Below are positions 19,501 to 28,533 of a stretch of 50,362 bases of DNA, in pieces (within the stretch, counting starts at the first letter, position 1; each line of letters starts with the position of its first letter). The notes beneath the pieces are model-generated. The model saw only the letters and a program-made list of their open reading frames with translations. It was not told the DNA's origin and made no database searches. The translations under genes and the position numbers were made by a program. This stretch comes from an uncultured Leptolyngbya sp. (GTDB lineage Bacteria; Cyanobacteriota; Cyanobacteriia; Leptolyngbyales; Leptolyngbyaceae), in assembly GCA_964242045.1 (NCBI GenBank), contig CAXTDB010000003.1:1-50362 (forward strand). Reading direction: 5' to 3'.

Positions 19501-20145
19501 ATGCCGATCGTCGCAATCATTAATCAAAAAGGCGGAGCAGGCAAATCCACTGTCGCGGTTCACCTGGCTCGTTGGCTTCAAAAGCAGAAGAAATCTGTGG
19601 CGGTTGTGGATGCCGATGCTCAATGCTCATCTTCAAAATGGCTATTGCGGCTAAATCAAGTTACCCCTTGTGAAATTATTCAGGCTCCAGATGCACTTTT
19701 AGATGAACTCCCTAAACTGCTTGAAAAATATGACTGGGTGATTGTCGATGGTCCGGCTGCCTTGTCTGAAACCACCAGAGCCGTGATTCTTGTTGCAGAT
19801 TTAGCGATCGTGCCTTGCCAACCGACAGGCGTTGATCTCGAAAGCGCCTCAGACACCGTTCGCTTAATCCACCAGGCTCAACGCATTCGACGTGGCGATC
19901 CCAAAGCCGTGATGTTTGTGAACCGAGCCGTCAAAGGAACCAAGTTGAAGGACGAAGCGATCGAGGTGTTGCGACTCATGCCAGGGGTCACAGTGCTAGA
20001 GACTGTAATTCATCAGCGTCAGATTCTGGCAGACTGCTTTGGGCAGAACTCAACGGTGTTTGACTTAACGGGTTCAACGGCTGGAATCGCCCGACGTGAA
20101 CTAGAGCAACTTTTTAAGAAAGCGCTGGAGGTATTAAATGGCTAA
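19501..20145 (+). CDS. parA: ParA family partition ATPase (short, type Ib-like)
   Basis: NQKGGAGKST deviant Walker A, DADAQ and IVDGP. Confidence 0.95.
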   Translation: MPIVAIINQKGGAGKSTVAVHLARWLQKQKKSVAVVDADAQCSSSKWLLRLNQVTPCEIIQAPDALLDELPKLLEKYDWVIVDGPAALSETTRAVILVADLAIVPCQPTGVDLESASDTVRLIHQAQRIRRGDPKAVMFVNRAVKGTKLKDEAIEVLRLMPGVTVLETVIHQRQILADCFGQNSTVFDLTGSTAGIARRELEQLFKKALEVLNG

Positions 20146-21073
20146 ACCGAGACAATCGTTAACTCAAGGATTATCGGCTTCGATCGCCCAAAAATTTATT
20201 GAGAATCCCGAAAGCGTTGGATCTTCACAAACTCTTGCACTTGAGCAGATTCAGCTACCGAGTAAACAGCCTCGCCGCTACTTTGATTCACAAAAGCAAG
20301 CGCAACTCGTTCAATCGGTTCGAGAATATGGCATTTTAGAGCCATTGCTTGTCCGCCCTGTAAATGGAGGCTATGAGTTAGTCGCAGGTGAGCGGCGCTA
20401 CCGTGCAGCCGAAGAAGTCAGGCTTCAAGATGTTCCTGTCCTGATCAAAGAGCTTGACGATCAGCAGGCGCTACAAGTATCACTAATCGAGAATTTACAA
20501 CGAGAAGATCTCAATCCAGTCGAAGAAACAGAAGCCATTTTAGATTTACTTGCCATTCAAATTGGCGGCAGTCGTGACGATGTTGCCTCAGTTTTGCATC
20601 GTGCTAACCATGCAAAAACTCGTGGACAGGAATTGGAGGAAAACGTTTCCCTCCAACTTCAAACGATCGAATCTGTTCTAGCAGAAATCGGACGGTTCAA
20701 TTCCGAATCCTTCCGTAGCAGTCGTTTGCCACTGCTTAAATTACCGTCAGAGGTTCTACAGGCACTCCAAGAAGGGAAGCTGGAATTTACGAAGGCACGA
20801 GCGATCGCACGAGTGAAAGACGAGCAGCAGCGCAAATCACTGCTCAAGCTAGCAATATCAAAAAATTTGACCTTGAGTGAAATCAAGCAGAAGATTCTAG
20901 AGTGTATTTCTTCTGAAGAAACACCAGCAATTAGCTACAGTCAGCGCTATGCCCAGATTGGTCAGCGATTGAAGAAATCGGCAATCTGGGAAGACCCGAA
21001 AAAGCGAACGAAGTTAGAGAAACTACTTTCTCAGCTTGATGATTTGATCGGAGTCGATAGGGCAACAGATTGA
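20138..21073 (+). CDS. parB: ParB/RepB/Spo0J partition protein
   Basis: QPRRYFD, GILEPLLVRP, AGERRYRA and ENLQREDLNP; overlaps parA. Confidence 0.95.
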   Translation: MAKPRQSLTQGLSASIAQKFIENPESVGSSQTLALEQIQLPSKQPRRYFDSQKQAQLVQSVREYGILEPLLVRPVNGGYELVAGERRYRAAEEVRLQDVPVLIKELDDQQALQVSLIENLQREDLNPVEETEAILDLLAIQIGGSRDDVASVLHRANHAKTRGQELEENVSLQLQTIESVLAEIGRFNSESFRSSRLPLLKLPSEVLQALQEGKLEFTKARAIARVKDEQQRKSLLKLAISKNLTLSEIKQKILECISSEETPAISYSQRYAQIGQRLKKSAIWEDPKKRTKLEKLLSQLDDLIGVDRATD

Positions 21074-21236
21074 GGAAGTTGACACTCCCCACCGCATAGA
21101 GGGCGAGATATTCCACGAAAAAATAAAATTGTTGAGATGAAGGAATGGCAGCGCAGTCAAGTACCACAAAGAAAACCACCCGTAAGAAAACCACTAAAAA
21201 GAAGAAGTAGGATGCTCGGTACGAATCAGATAAATT

Positions 21237-22307
21237 ATGCCCTCTAAACAACAGTCTCTATTCCCTGAAAATTACGATGCTTTTCTTAATGGCTTAAAAC
21301 AGCGCATTCGATCCGCTCAGATTCGTGCAGCGATCGCGGTCAATCAGGAGCTAGTCATGCTGTACTGGAAAACTGGACACGATATCTCTTTACGAGTAAA
21401 ACAGCAGAAGTGGGGCAGCAAGGTGATTAAGCAGCTTGCGGCTGACTTGAAACGAGAGTTTCCTGACATGAGTGGGCTATCAGCGCGAAATCTTCAGTAC
21501 ATGAGGGCATTCGCTGAAGCTTATCCAGACGAAGTAATTGTGCAACGACTTGTTGCACAATTACCCTGGGGGCACAACGTTACGCTTCTTGACAAGCTTC
21601 AATCCTACGAAGAGCGACTTTGGTACGCCCAGCAAGCCTCAGAGAACGGCTGGAGTCGAGACATTTTAGCTCTACAGATTGAAACAGGACTTTTTCAACG
21701 ACTGGGAAGCGCCACCACAAACTTTCAACAAGCACTCCCTCCGCCTCAGTCCGATTTAGCTCAACAACTCCTGAAAAGCCCGTACAACTTTGAGTTTTTA
21801 AGTTTGTCTCGGAATGTTCAAGAGCGGGACTTAGAAAAGGCACTCGTGGATCATATTCGAGATTTCCTCATGGAGCTAGGAGTCGGCTTCGCGTTTCTGG
21901 GTAGTCAGTACCCGATCGTGGTCGATGACAAAGAGTACAGGATAGACCTGCTTTTTTATCACACACGCCTCCATTGCTACATTGTGATCGATCTCAAAGT
22001 TGTGGAGTTTGAGCCAGAGTTTTCTGGAAAGATGAACTTCTACGTCTCTGCGGTCGATCATTTTATGCGGACGGAAGAAGACAAGCCAACGATTGGGATC
22101 ATTTTGTGCCGATCGAAGCGAAGAACAACGGTTGAATTTGCCTTACAGGACGTTCAAAAGCCGATCGGTGTCGCCACTTATCGACTTAAGGATCATTTGC
22201 CGGAAAAGCTGCGAAAAAACTTACCTACTGCCGAGCAGCTAGAACTTGAGATGAATGCAGCACTCTCGGAAATCGAAGCGCGAGAAGAAAATAGTGAGGA
22301 AATATAA
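21237..22307 (+). CDS. YhcG/DUF1016 PDDEXK nuclease-domain protein
   Basis: VNQELVMLYW, LPWGHN, FLMELGVGFAF, IDLLFYH...IDLK and PTIGIILC. Confidence 0.93.
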   Translation: MPSKQQSLFPENYDAFLNGLKQRIRSAQIRAAIAVNQELVMLYWKTGHDISLRVKQQKWGSKVIKQLAADLKREFPDMSGLSARNLQYMRAFAEAYPDEVIVQRLVAQLPWGHNVTLLDKLQSYEERLWYAQQASENGWSRDILALQIETGLFQRLGSATTNFQQALPPPQSDLAQQLLKSPYNFEFLSLSRNVQERDLEKALVDHIRDFLMELGVGFAFLGSQYPIVVDDKEYRIDLLFYHTRLHCYIVIDLKVVEFEPEFSGKMNFYVSAVDHFMRTEEDKPTIGIILCRSKRRTTVEFALQDVQKPIGVATYRLKDHLPEKLRKNLPTAEQLELEMNAALSEIEAREENSEEI

Positions 22308-22378
22308 TCCACCAAAACACACAATGCAAAGAATCCACAATCATCCCTAGTCGTGAATTTTTATCCATTCAGATCTTA

Positions 22379-22627
22379 TCAAGCAGTCCCTCTAGTTCCA
22401 TTGGGCTTCTTACCAAAATCAACACCTACAGGATTGCAACCCGGAAAATTCACCGCATCCTCGTCCAGGAATCCTGCGATCGCCATTTCGATCACCGCTT
22501 CGATCGGAAAACCCACTTGAGCCGCATAAGTCATCAGTCCAAGCCTAATTTTTTCTGGCAGTCCACTCATAAACGCTTGGGCAAGTTCGGGACTGAGATG
22601 TTCATAGACTTGTTCAGGGGCTTGCAT
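22379..22627 (-). CDS. Small hypothetical protein
   Basis: 82-aa ORF with a GAGG RBS; helical pattern YAAQVGFPIEAVIEMAIAGFLD. Confidence 0.7.
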   Translation of the reverse strand: MQAPEQVYEHLSPELAQAFMSGLPEKIRLGLMTYAAQVGFPIEAVIEMAIAGFLDEDAVNFPGCNPVGVDFGKKPNGTRGTA

Positions 22628-22713
22628 CGTCGTTCCTCTCTACTTCTTACAAATGTTTTGACACTTCAAAATCAAGATAGCAACTTTTGCAAGAACTGCT
22701 TCGCCAGAATTCA

Positions 22714-22989
22714 CTAATCAACCCGTACAACAAAAACGTAATAACCCTCAACAATTAAACTTCCTCTTGGCATTAGGCTTTCTTGCCTTAATGACAGGTG
22801 ATGATAGAGAACTCTAAAGATTCTCAAGATATTACCGTCATAAATCTCAATTGTTGTATGAATGGCAGGAACATGACTGTAGAAAATCTCGCGTCTGATA
22901 CCAAAGTGTGTCGGTCTGCCATGCAGTTTAAGATCTTCCAGAAAATCTCGCTCATCACTAATCTCTACAATTTGACAAAGAGTAGTCAT
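22714..22989 (-). CDS. Small hypothetical protein
   Basis: 91-aa ORF preceded by a strong RBS (AGGAGAAAACAATG); no recognised family. Confidence 0.5.
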   Translation of the reverse strand: MTTLCQIVEISDERDFLEDLKLHGRPTHFGIRREIFYSHVPAIHTTIEIYDGNILRIFRVLYHHLSLRQESLMPRGSLIVEGYYVFVVRVD

Positions 22990-23079
22990 TGTTTTCTCCT
23001 GGTAGCAATCAAGGTGTTTGTTTGATAGAATTTTTTCAATTGTGATAGCTACTGCTCATCCTAACTTTAGCGCTCGTGT

Positions 23080-23256
23080 GACCGGATAAAGATTGATTGT
23101 TCTTTTGGTCATCCGGTCGATTAAAGTTACTGCCGGATGCACCGGAATCAATCTTGACAATGTTTATAGCGTTTTATCCGCATTCACCGAACGGACGGAT
23201 AGACGAACCGGATGTCATGTTTTACGACCCTTTTGTCTGTCTAATTAGTATCCGGG
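23080..23256. repeat. Cluster of CCGGAT/ATCCGG motifs in both orientations
   Basis: About 8 exact or one-mismatch copies (23081, 23111, 23132, 23141, 23176, 23195, 23207, 23250), including the inverted pair GACCGGAT/ATCCGGTC. They lie directly after the ATPase stop. Confidence 0.65.
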
Positions 23257-23260
23257 AACG

Positions 23261-24922
23261 TTAATCAAAATCGCTAAGAAAATCATTAGTTGCGCCTTCT
23301 AGCTGAATGAAATACGAACCACGACTCTCAAGAATGAATCTCCCTTCGATTAACTTCTTAAGAATACGAATTGTGATGCTCTGGTCGCCTTTTTTCAAGT
23401 CGTCATTGTTCTTGAGATAAGCAACCTTAGACTTAATCTCATGCGCTTTGAGTCCTTCAGGAGATCGACTAATATGAACTAGAATTTTCTCGGAAATTTC
23501 AATCGATTGCTGCTTCCACTGGGGAAACGTCATTGCGAGCTTCTCAGCAAATTTCTCTGAAGGTTTTAACTCAATATTACTTGCTTGGTTTTCATGATAG
23601 AACTCCTCAACTGGAGATGTTCCTTCATTGTTTAGAATTGCCTCTAATTGTTCGCGTGGATCTGAATATTTCGGTAAGGGCGGTAGTTCTCCCAAGGGCA
23701 TCCAAACTTCATCGATTAATGCAATGCGATCGTCATCGATCACACCTTGAGCCGGAGGTTGGGTAACTGGGTAATTGTTCTTGATCTGGTCGAACAGTTC
23801 AGAACTAAACCCGATCGCTTGCCCGTTCCAATCGACTGTCCGACCAGGCGCGATCGTCAGGTAACACAGTTTGAGTTTTTTGATTGCCTTTGCATCTTGC
23901 ACTAGGCTGCCTGCAACGAATTCGGGCGCGATCGTCCAGATTGCCTTTTCGCGTTTTTTGCCGCTCGACGATAGCGTAGTGATTTTGTCTGCGATCACGC
24001 TCAATAGAGGAATTAGAAGATCTTTGTGTCGATTATTGATGCTGCCGATGTAGGCGATCTCATCGATCACGAGAATTGCTTCTTGACTGGCATAGAATTC
24101 CTGAACGAGCGCGATCGCATCCTTGACAACAATTTCTGCACTGAAGGCATCTAATGTCGTCAAATCTGCCGTTATCGACTTGTATGCGTGCTGCCAATAC
24201 CATTTGTCCTCATCCTCAAACGAGGCGAGATTCAAGTGGAAAATTTTGCAGCCGATTTCTTTGGTTGAGATCGCGGCAAAGTAGCTTTTTCCCGTCCGCT
24301 GTGCGCCGAAAATAGCGCGACATTCATACGGATCAGCGAGGATCTTTGCTAATGCGGTATGAGAGCGAGGACGTGCAGCGGTTCTTTCAGATTGGGTTGA
24401 AACAGCGGCAGAGTCTACCTGCGAATCAACCTCTGATGCTTCAGCTTCAATCGTTGTTTGAGGCGCATAAGCTTTCTTGATTTCGGCAAACGTGGATGGT
24501 GTTAGCTTCTCTTCTATCATTTCCACCAGTTCGATCGCGGCTCTGGTCAGCTTCATGCCGTCAATGTGTGCCTGGACGCATTGATCCAGGATGAATCTTC
24601 GTCCGGTGAACCGGATTAATTGAGCAATTTCGCGATCGTTCAACAAGTGGCAGAAATTTCCGGTTTTTGCAACGTATTCCGCTTGTTTGCCGTTTCTGGT
24701 CGCGCTCCGAATCGCATTCACGAGAACAGGGAGCGCGATCGCGCCCGCTGCGGGTAGTCCACAAGGAATCACTAACGCACCGAAAATGCCAGCCGCTAAA
24801 AGAAACCGTCCGGTTGGCGCATTGCTGCACCGTGAGGCGGCAAGCTCCTCAAAATCATCGATCTTGTCTGCAATCTCATCATCACTGAAGCGCCCTTCGC
24901 TTTCTCCGTATCGACTTAGCAT
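23261..24922 (-). CDS. Membrane-anchored P-loop ATPase with a putative C-terminal winged helix (FtsK/HerA/coupling-protein-like)
   Basis: N-terminal hydrophobic hairpin, Walker A GAQRTGKS and Walker B LVIDE. The C-terminus KILVHIS...LKAHEIKSK...ILKKLIEGRFILESRGSYFI fits a wHTH pattern. Confidence 0.75.
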   Translation of the reverse strand: MLSRYGESEGRFSDDEIADKIDDFEELAASRCSNAPTGRFLLAAGIFGALVIPCGLPAAGAIALPVLVNAIRSATRNGKQAEYVAKTGNFCHLLNDREIAQLIRFTGRRFILDQCVQAHIDGMKLTRAAIELVEMIEEKLTPSTFAEIKKAYAPQTTIEAEASEVDSQVDSAAVSTQSERTAARPRSHTALAKILADPYECRAIFGAQRTGKSYFAAISTKEIGCKIFHLNLASFEDEDKWYWQHAYKSITADLTTLDAFSAEIVVKDAIALVQEFYASQEAILVIDEIAYIGSINNRHKDLLIPLLSVIADKITTLSSSGKKREKAIWTIAPEFVAGSLVQDAKAIKKLKLCYLTIAPGRTVDWNGQAIGFSSELFDQIKNNYPVTQPPAQGVIDDDRIALIDEVWMPLGELPPLPKYSDPREQLEAILNNEGTSPVEEFYHENQASNIELKPSEKFAEKLAMTFPQWKQQSIEISEKILVHISRSPEGLKAHEIKSKVAYLKNNDDLKKGDQSITIRILKKLIEGRFILESRGSYFIQLEGATNDFLSDFD

Positions 24923-24987
24923 TTGGATGCCTCCCTTAAAACTAGGTTAAGGAGCGCGATCGCGCCCCTGCGTCCTAAACAATGGAT

Positions 24988-25707
24988 TTAGTTAGCCGAA
25001 TCGAATTGTCTAGCTCGAATCCAAAACACAACGATCACGAACGGAACCAACAAAAGCTCGAAACTAAACATCATCGTTAAGAGCTTGGTGAAATTGCCCC
25101 AGTCAATCCGGCTGGTAATCCCTGACGCGAGGGCAACGAAGAACACCTGCAAATTCCGAGCAGGCGGATATTTGTGAATGCCGATCGCAAAATCAAACGC
25201 ATACGCGAACAGTGCCAGCAATGCAGACCAGCGAATGAAGAAGAAGGGAATGCCGTTCATGCCACGAGCGATGCGGCGAGAGCGACGATCGCGAAACTCG
25301 TTCGGATCAACCCCGTTTTTTCGTGCATCTTTCAGCGCTCCGCGCTTCGCTTTGCGATCAAGCAAAATCAGAATCCACAACACCTGAAAGATTTGCACCA
25401 CCGCCCACACAAGAATCGCGCCCACCGATGCGATCACACCGTTCCAAGTGGTCAAAAGCCAGCCCAGAACAGGCAGATTTTTGACCCACGGGGCTTCACT
25501 GCCAGCATTGGCAAATAAGCTGTAGTACGGCTCGATGTTGGTGATCGCCACGCGAACGAGCGCGACACCCAGCCCGATTGCGAGAATCCAAGCAACGAAG
25601 CCGAATAGCGGACTGTCGATCGTATCTCGTGCTTCACGTCCGGCTCGGTGAGCATAAGTTCGAGCGTTGTCTTTCCACGAAGACTGTTCATCAGTTTGTG
25701 TTTTCAT
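24988..25707 (-). CDS. Hypothetical integral membrane protein (about 4 TM)
   Basis: Several hydrophobic segments separated by a basic loop; lies in the operon with the ATPase. Confidence 0.8.
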   Translation of the reverse strand: MKTQTDEQSSWKDNARTYAHRAGREARDTIDSPLFGFVAWILAIGLGVALVRVAITNIEPYYSLFANAGSEAPWVKNLPVLGWLLTTWNGVIASVGAILVWAVVQIFQVLWILILLDRKAKRGALKDARKNGVDPNEFRDRRSRRIARGMNGIPFFFIRWSALLALFAYAFDFAIGIHKYPPARNLQVFFVALASGITSRIDWGNFTKLLTMMFSFELLLVPFVIVVFWIRARQFDSAN

Positions 25708-25718
25708 CGTTCTATCAC

Positions 25719-26267
25719 CTATCGAACAGGATTTGAGTAAATGCCACGACTGCGACTCTTTGCTGCGTTGATTAACGCTTGATTGCCTGTGTTTGCCAAG
25801 TCACGAGCGACAGCTAATCCGTTAAGTGCAGGTTCAGCAACAAGCTTTGCTGTGTTGCCGTAGACATCACAAATGTCCATGCCAGCAGGCAGAAAAGCCG
25901 ATCTGGGCAGTGTGCGAATGTTGATCTTCTTGCCGCGATACAGCTTTGCGAGTTCGCCTTTGAGAACGGGTTCGCCGTCGGTGATGGCGGTGTAGTGGTC
26001 TTTCTGGTTCAGCGAGAAGATTACCATGCAATTGTTGCGGTAGCGTTCTTCAGCGACCTCGCGACGTTGCTCAGACACTAACTGCTCGGTTTGCAGGCGT
26101 TGATTGTCTTGCTGCTCGGTTTTCATTGATTCTCGAAGCTGATTGCTGGAATCAATGAAGCCTTTGATGCTGCCTGAGTTGAGAGCGAGAACAACAATTG
26201 CGATCGCACCACAAACACATTCCATTTTGTGTTCTTGCAGCAGTTCATAAAAGCGATGTTTTTGCAT
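25719..26267 (-). CDS. Hypothetical protein with an N-terminal TM anchor and coiled coil
   Basis: CVCGAIAIVVLAL followed by a Q/E-rich coil and AEERYRNNC...ICDVYGNTA; AGGAGG RBS. Confidence 0.8.
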   Translation of the reverse strand: MQKHRFYELLQEHKMECVCGAIAIVVLALNSGSIKGFIDSSNQLRESMKTEQQDNQRLQTEQLVSEQRREVAEERYRNNCMVIFSLNQKDHYTAITDGEPVLKGELAKLYRGKKINIRTLPRSAFLPAGMDICDVYGNTAKLVAEPALNGLAVARDLANTGNQALINAAKSRSRGIYSNPVR

Positions 26268-26346
26268 TGAACAAGTCCTCCTGGGCTATTTTGGCAAAAG
26301 AGCTTCATTCCATAAAAAGATGAGCAGTCATATTGCTGCTTTGAAG

Positions 26347-26676
26347 TCACTGGGCGTATACGTGGTCTTTTAACTGATTCGCGATCGCAATCTGCAAACT
26401 TAAGGCATCGTTCGGCGTGATCGGTTCAAGAATGGCAATTGCTACGTAAAATTCGTCAGAAGCCCTTAATCCGCAATCTCCAGCGGCAGCATAAAGCCCG
26501 TAATCTTCAGAATCATCTGCGAGAAAACCTGCCAACGTTGCAAGCAGGGCGAGTTTGTCTTGAGCAGTCATGCCCTCTAGTCGATCGCCGTAGTGTTCAG
26601 TCAAACGTTCAAGGCAATCAGATGAAGCGTAGTAAGTCACTGAATCGTACTTTGTCGTCATAGCCAAAAAGGTCAT
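26347..26676 (-). CDS. Hypothetical acidic protein
   Basis: 109-aa ORF co-oriented within the parM operon. Confidence 0.7.
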   Translation of the reverse strand: MTFLAMTTKYDSVTYYASSDCLERLTEHYGDRLEGMTAQDKLALLATLAGFLADDSEDYGLYAAAGDCGLRASDEFYVAIAILEPITPNDALSLQIAIANQLKDHVYAQ

Positions 26677-26824
26677 GAATGGTTGAAGTTGTGGAAATCG
26701 AGCATTGTGCGATCGAAAATCGAAGAAAGAGCGTTCACAATCTAAATGCAGATGGTTGAGTAAGTGATTGAGTGATTGAGTAAGCTTCTCGAATTAGTTG
26801 AACAATTAAGCCTCTGACTGGTCT

Positions 26825-27088
26825 TTAAATTGAAAGCGGCTCATCAAACCTGAAATTGTAGTCTTGGACGTTGCGCGGCTCAGGATCGGATATCCCATTA
26901 GTGCGGTACACCACTGGATTTGGATCAGCATAACGATCGGGATCTAACTCCCAGGTGAGTAACAAATGTTTTCCGTAGCGGCTCACCATCATCGCGATCG
27001 CATGAGACGGTGAGGGACTTTTCGTAACGGCTTGAATTTGATCGACGATCGCACGGGTGTCTTTGTCTAAAACAATGCGGCTGGTCAT
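26825..27088 (-). CDS. Small protein directly downstream of parM, candidate ParR-like adaptor
   Basis: Starts 4 bp after the parM stop. The N-terminus has a strand-helix-helix pattern (SRIVLDKDTRAIVDQI...SPSHAIAMMV). Confidence 0.6.
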   Translation of the reverse strand: MTSRIVLDKDTRAIVDQIQAVTKSPSPSHAIAMMVSRYGKHLLLTWELDPDRYADPNPVVYRTNGISDPEPRNVQDYNFRFDEPLSI

Positions 27089-27092
27089 GGCG

Positions 27093-28103
27093 TTACACCG
27101 TAGTCATTCCGAGTAAAGAGATCAATTGTGCAAAGCGATCGATTTGGGAGTGCTTCGCGACTTTGAATCGCCCTTTGGTGGTTTCTTCTAAAGGTTTGGC
27201 TAGAGAGGCAGAGCCACCGATGATGAGAACTTCGCCGATTTCACTCATCCATTGATTCCAACGGCTTCGCAATTCTGCTCGAATGTCAGAAAGCCATTGT
27301 TCGCGGCAGAGTTCAAACTGTTTCTGAAACTGAAAGCCGCTAGTTCCAAGCGCGAAATCTTGTCGCTCGATGCCGTCCATAATTTGGGATAAATCAGGAC
27401 TGCTGGCAAGTTGGGGTGTGATTCGGGCGCTGATGCGACGAGCGAGATCATACGTGCCGGGAAGAATGGCATCGGCTTCACGAATGAGAGAACCGCCCAC
27501 GCTATAAAGTCTGCCGATTCCGGTCCCACCACCAAGATCTAAAACTCCATTAAGTTGTCGTTTGCTGCGGTATAAATCGCGCTTCATCGCAAAGTTGTAA
27601 GCGGATTGAGTTTCGTCGATCGGCTTTACTTCATGCACTACAGCGGTAATGCGCTGACCGTTGCGGGTGAATTGATGAGTACCTTCGATTTTTTTCAGTT
27701 CTACAACATCTGCTTGATTGCGGCTGTTTGGTAGAGCGATGACAAGCCGCTGAATCACGACAGCGCTACTGCCGGGGTGAGGCTCGATCGCGGCTAAAAC
27801 CAATTTTTTCGCTAACTCACATTTGTTGTCTTGAAAAACGGGTGTACCGCGCATATCGCGGGCGACTGCACCCAGACAAAAGTGATCGTCTCCAGAGCTA
27901 ATCACGACGCTGTGATCATCAGGGCTGGGATCGTCGAATCCAGGCTCGAAAGGCTTGATGAATGCGGGGATGATTTGGGGTCGGTTATCTGTGTCGATCC
28001 ATTTGAGGGTGCGGTTGCCGCCGTCAAAAACGACGATCGCTCTCTTAAGCGGAACGCTTTCACTCGATGACCGTGCATTAGATGTAGCGAGATTGTTAAA
28101 CAT
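27093..28103 (-). CDS. parM: ParM/StbA family actin-like ATPase
   Basis: Actin-fold motifs FDGGNRTLK, IDETQSA, LDLGGGT and IIGGSA. Likely start is ATG 28103. Confidence 0.88.
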   Translation of the reverse strand: MFNNLATSNARSSSESVPLKRAIVVFDGGNRTLKWIDTDNRPQIIPAFIKPFEPGFDDPSPDDHSVVISSGDDHFCLGAVARDMRGTPVFQDNKCELAKKLVLAAIEPHPGSSAVVIQRLVIALPNSRNQADVVELKKIEGTHQFTRNGQRITAVVHEVKPIDETQSAYNFAMKRDLYRSKRQLNGVLDLGGGTGIGRLYSVGGSLIREADAILPGTYDLARRISARITPQLASSPDLSQIMDGIERQDFALGTSGFQFQKQFELCREQWLSDIRAELRSRWNQWMSEIGEVLIIGGSASLAKPLEETTKGRFKVAKHSQIDRFAQLISLLGMTTV

Positions 28104-28185
28104 AAAACTCTGCTTTTCCTGAGAAGTAGGTGAAATGCTGATGCTGCTTTGGAGCAAGGCTATCTAGAACAGGATGGAAAGTGCG

Positions 28186-28331
28186 TTTCTACAAGCGCTG
28201 CACGTCCTTTTGTTGTTCTGTCTACGAACACGATAGCATGTTGACATGTTATTGTGTCAACATGCAGACACGAAAAATCAGAGGGTTCTACAAACGTGGC
28301 AACATGGAGGCATACAAACATGTACGACGAT
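28186..28331. promoter_or_regulatory. Divergent parM/RHH control region with a perfect 11-8-11 inverted repeat and short direct repeats
   Basis: GCATGTTGACA (28236-28246) / TGTCAACATGC (28255-28265), plus repeated (C)TAC(A/G)AAC and AACATG motifs. Confidence 0.65.
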
Positions 28332-28529
28332 ATGGCAGCAGTAAGGCGAAACGACCCAAACTTCGCTCAGGTGAGTGGATATATCCCGAAGGAAATGGCT
28401 TTGCAGTTCAAAATTGCTTGCACAGCCAAAGAAATCAGCATGACTGAGGGATTGGAACAAGCAGTTAGTTTGTGGTTAGAAAAGAACGCGCACGATAAAA
28501 CTCCTGTCAGTAAAAATAGAGACGATTAA
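28332..28529 (+). CDS. Ribbon-helix-helix DNA-binding protein
   Basis: RRNDPNFAQVSGYIPKEMALQFKIAC...SMTEGLEQAVSLWL. Likely start is ATG 28332; the upstream part of the track ORF is operator repeats. Confidence 0.8.
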   Translation: MAAVRRNDPNFAQVSGYIPKEMALQFKIACTAKEISMTEGLEQAVSLWLEKNAHDKTPVSKNRDD

Positions 28530-28533
28530 GGAG

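Noticed and set aside
26756-26785. TTGAGT/GATTGAGT short tandem repeats as parC
   Set aside because: Only about 3 short copies; equally explained as a low-complexity CA-rich 5' leader of the next gene.
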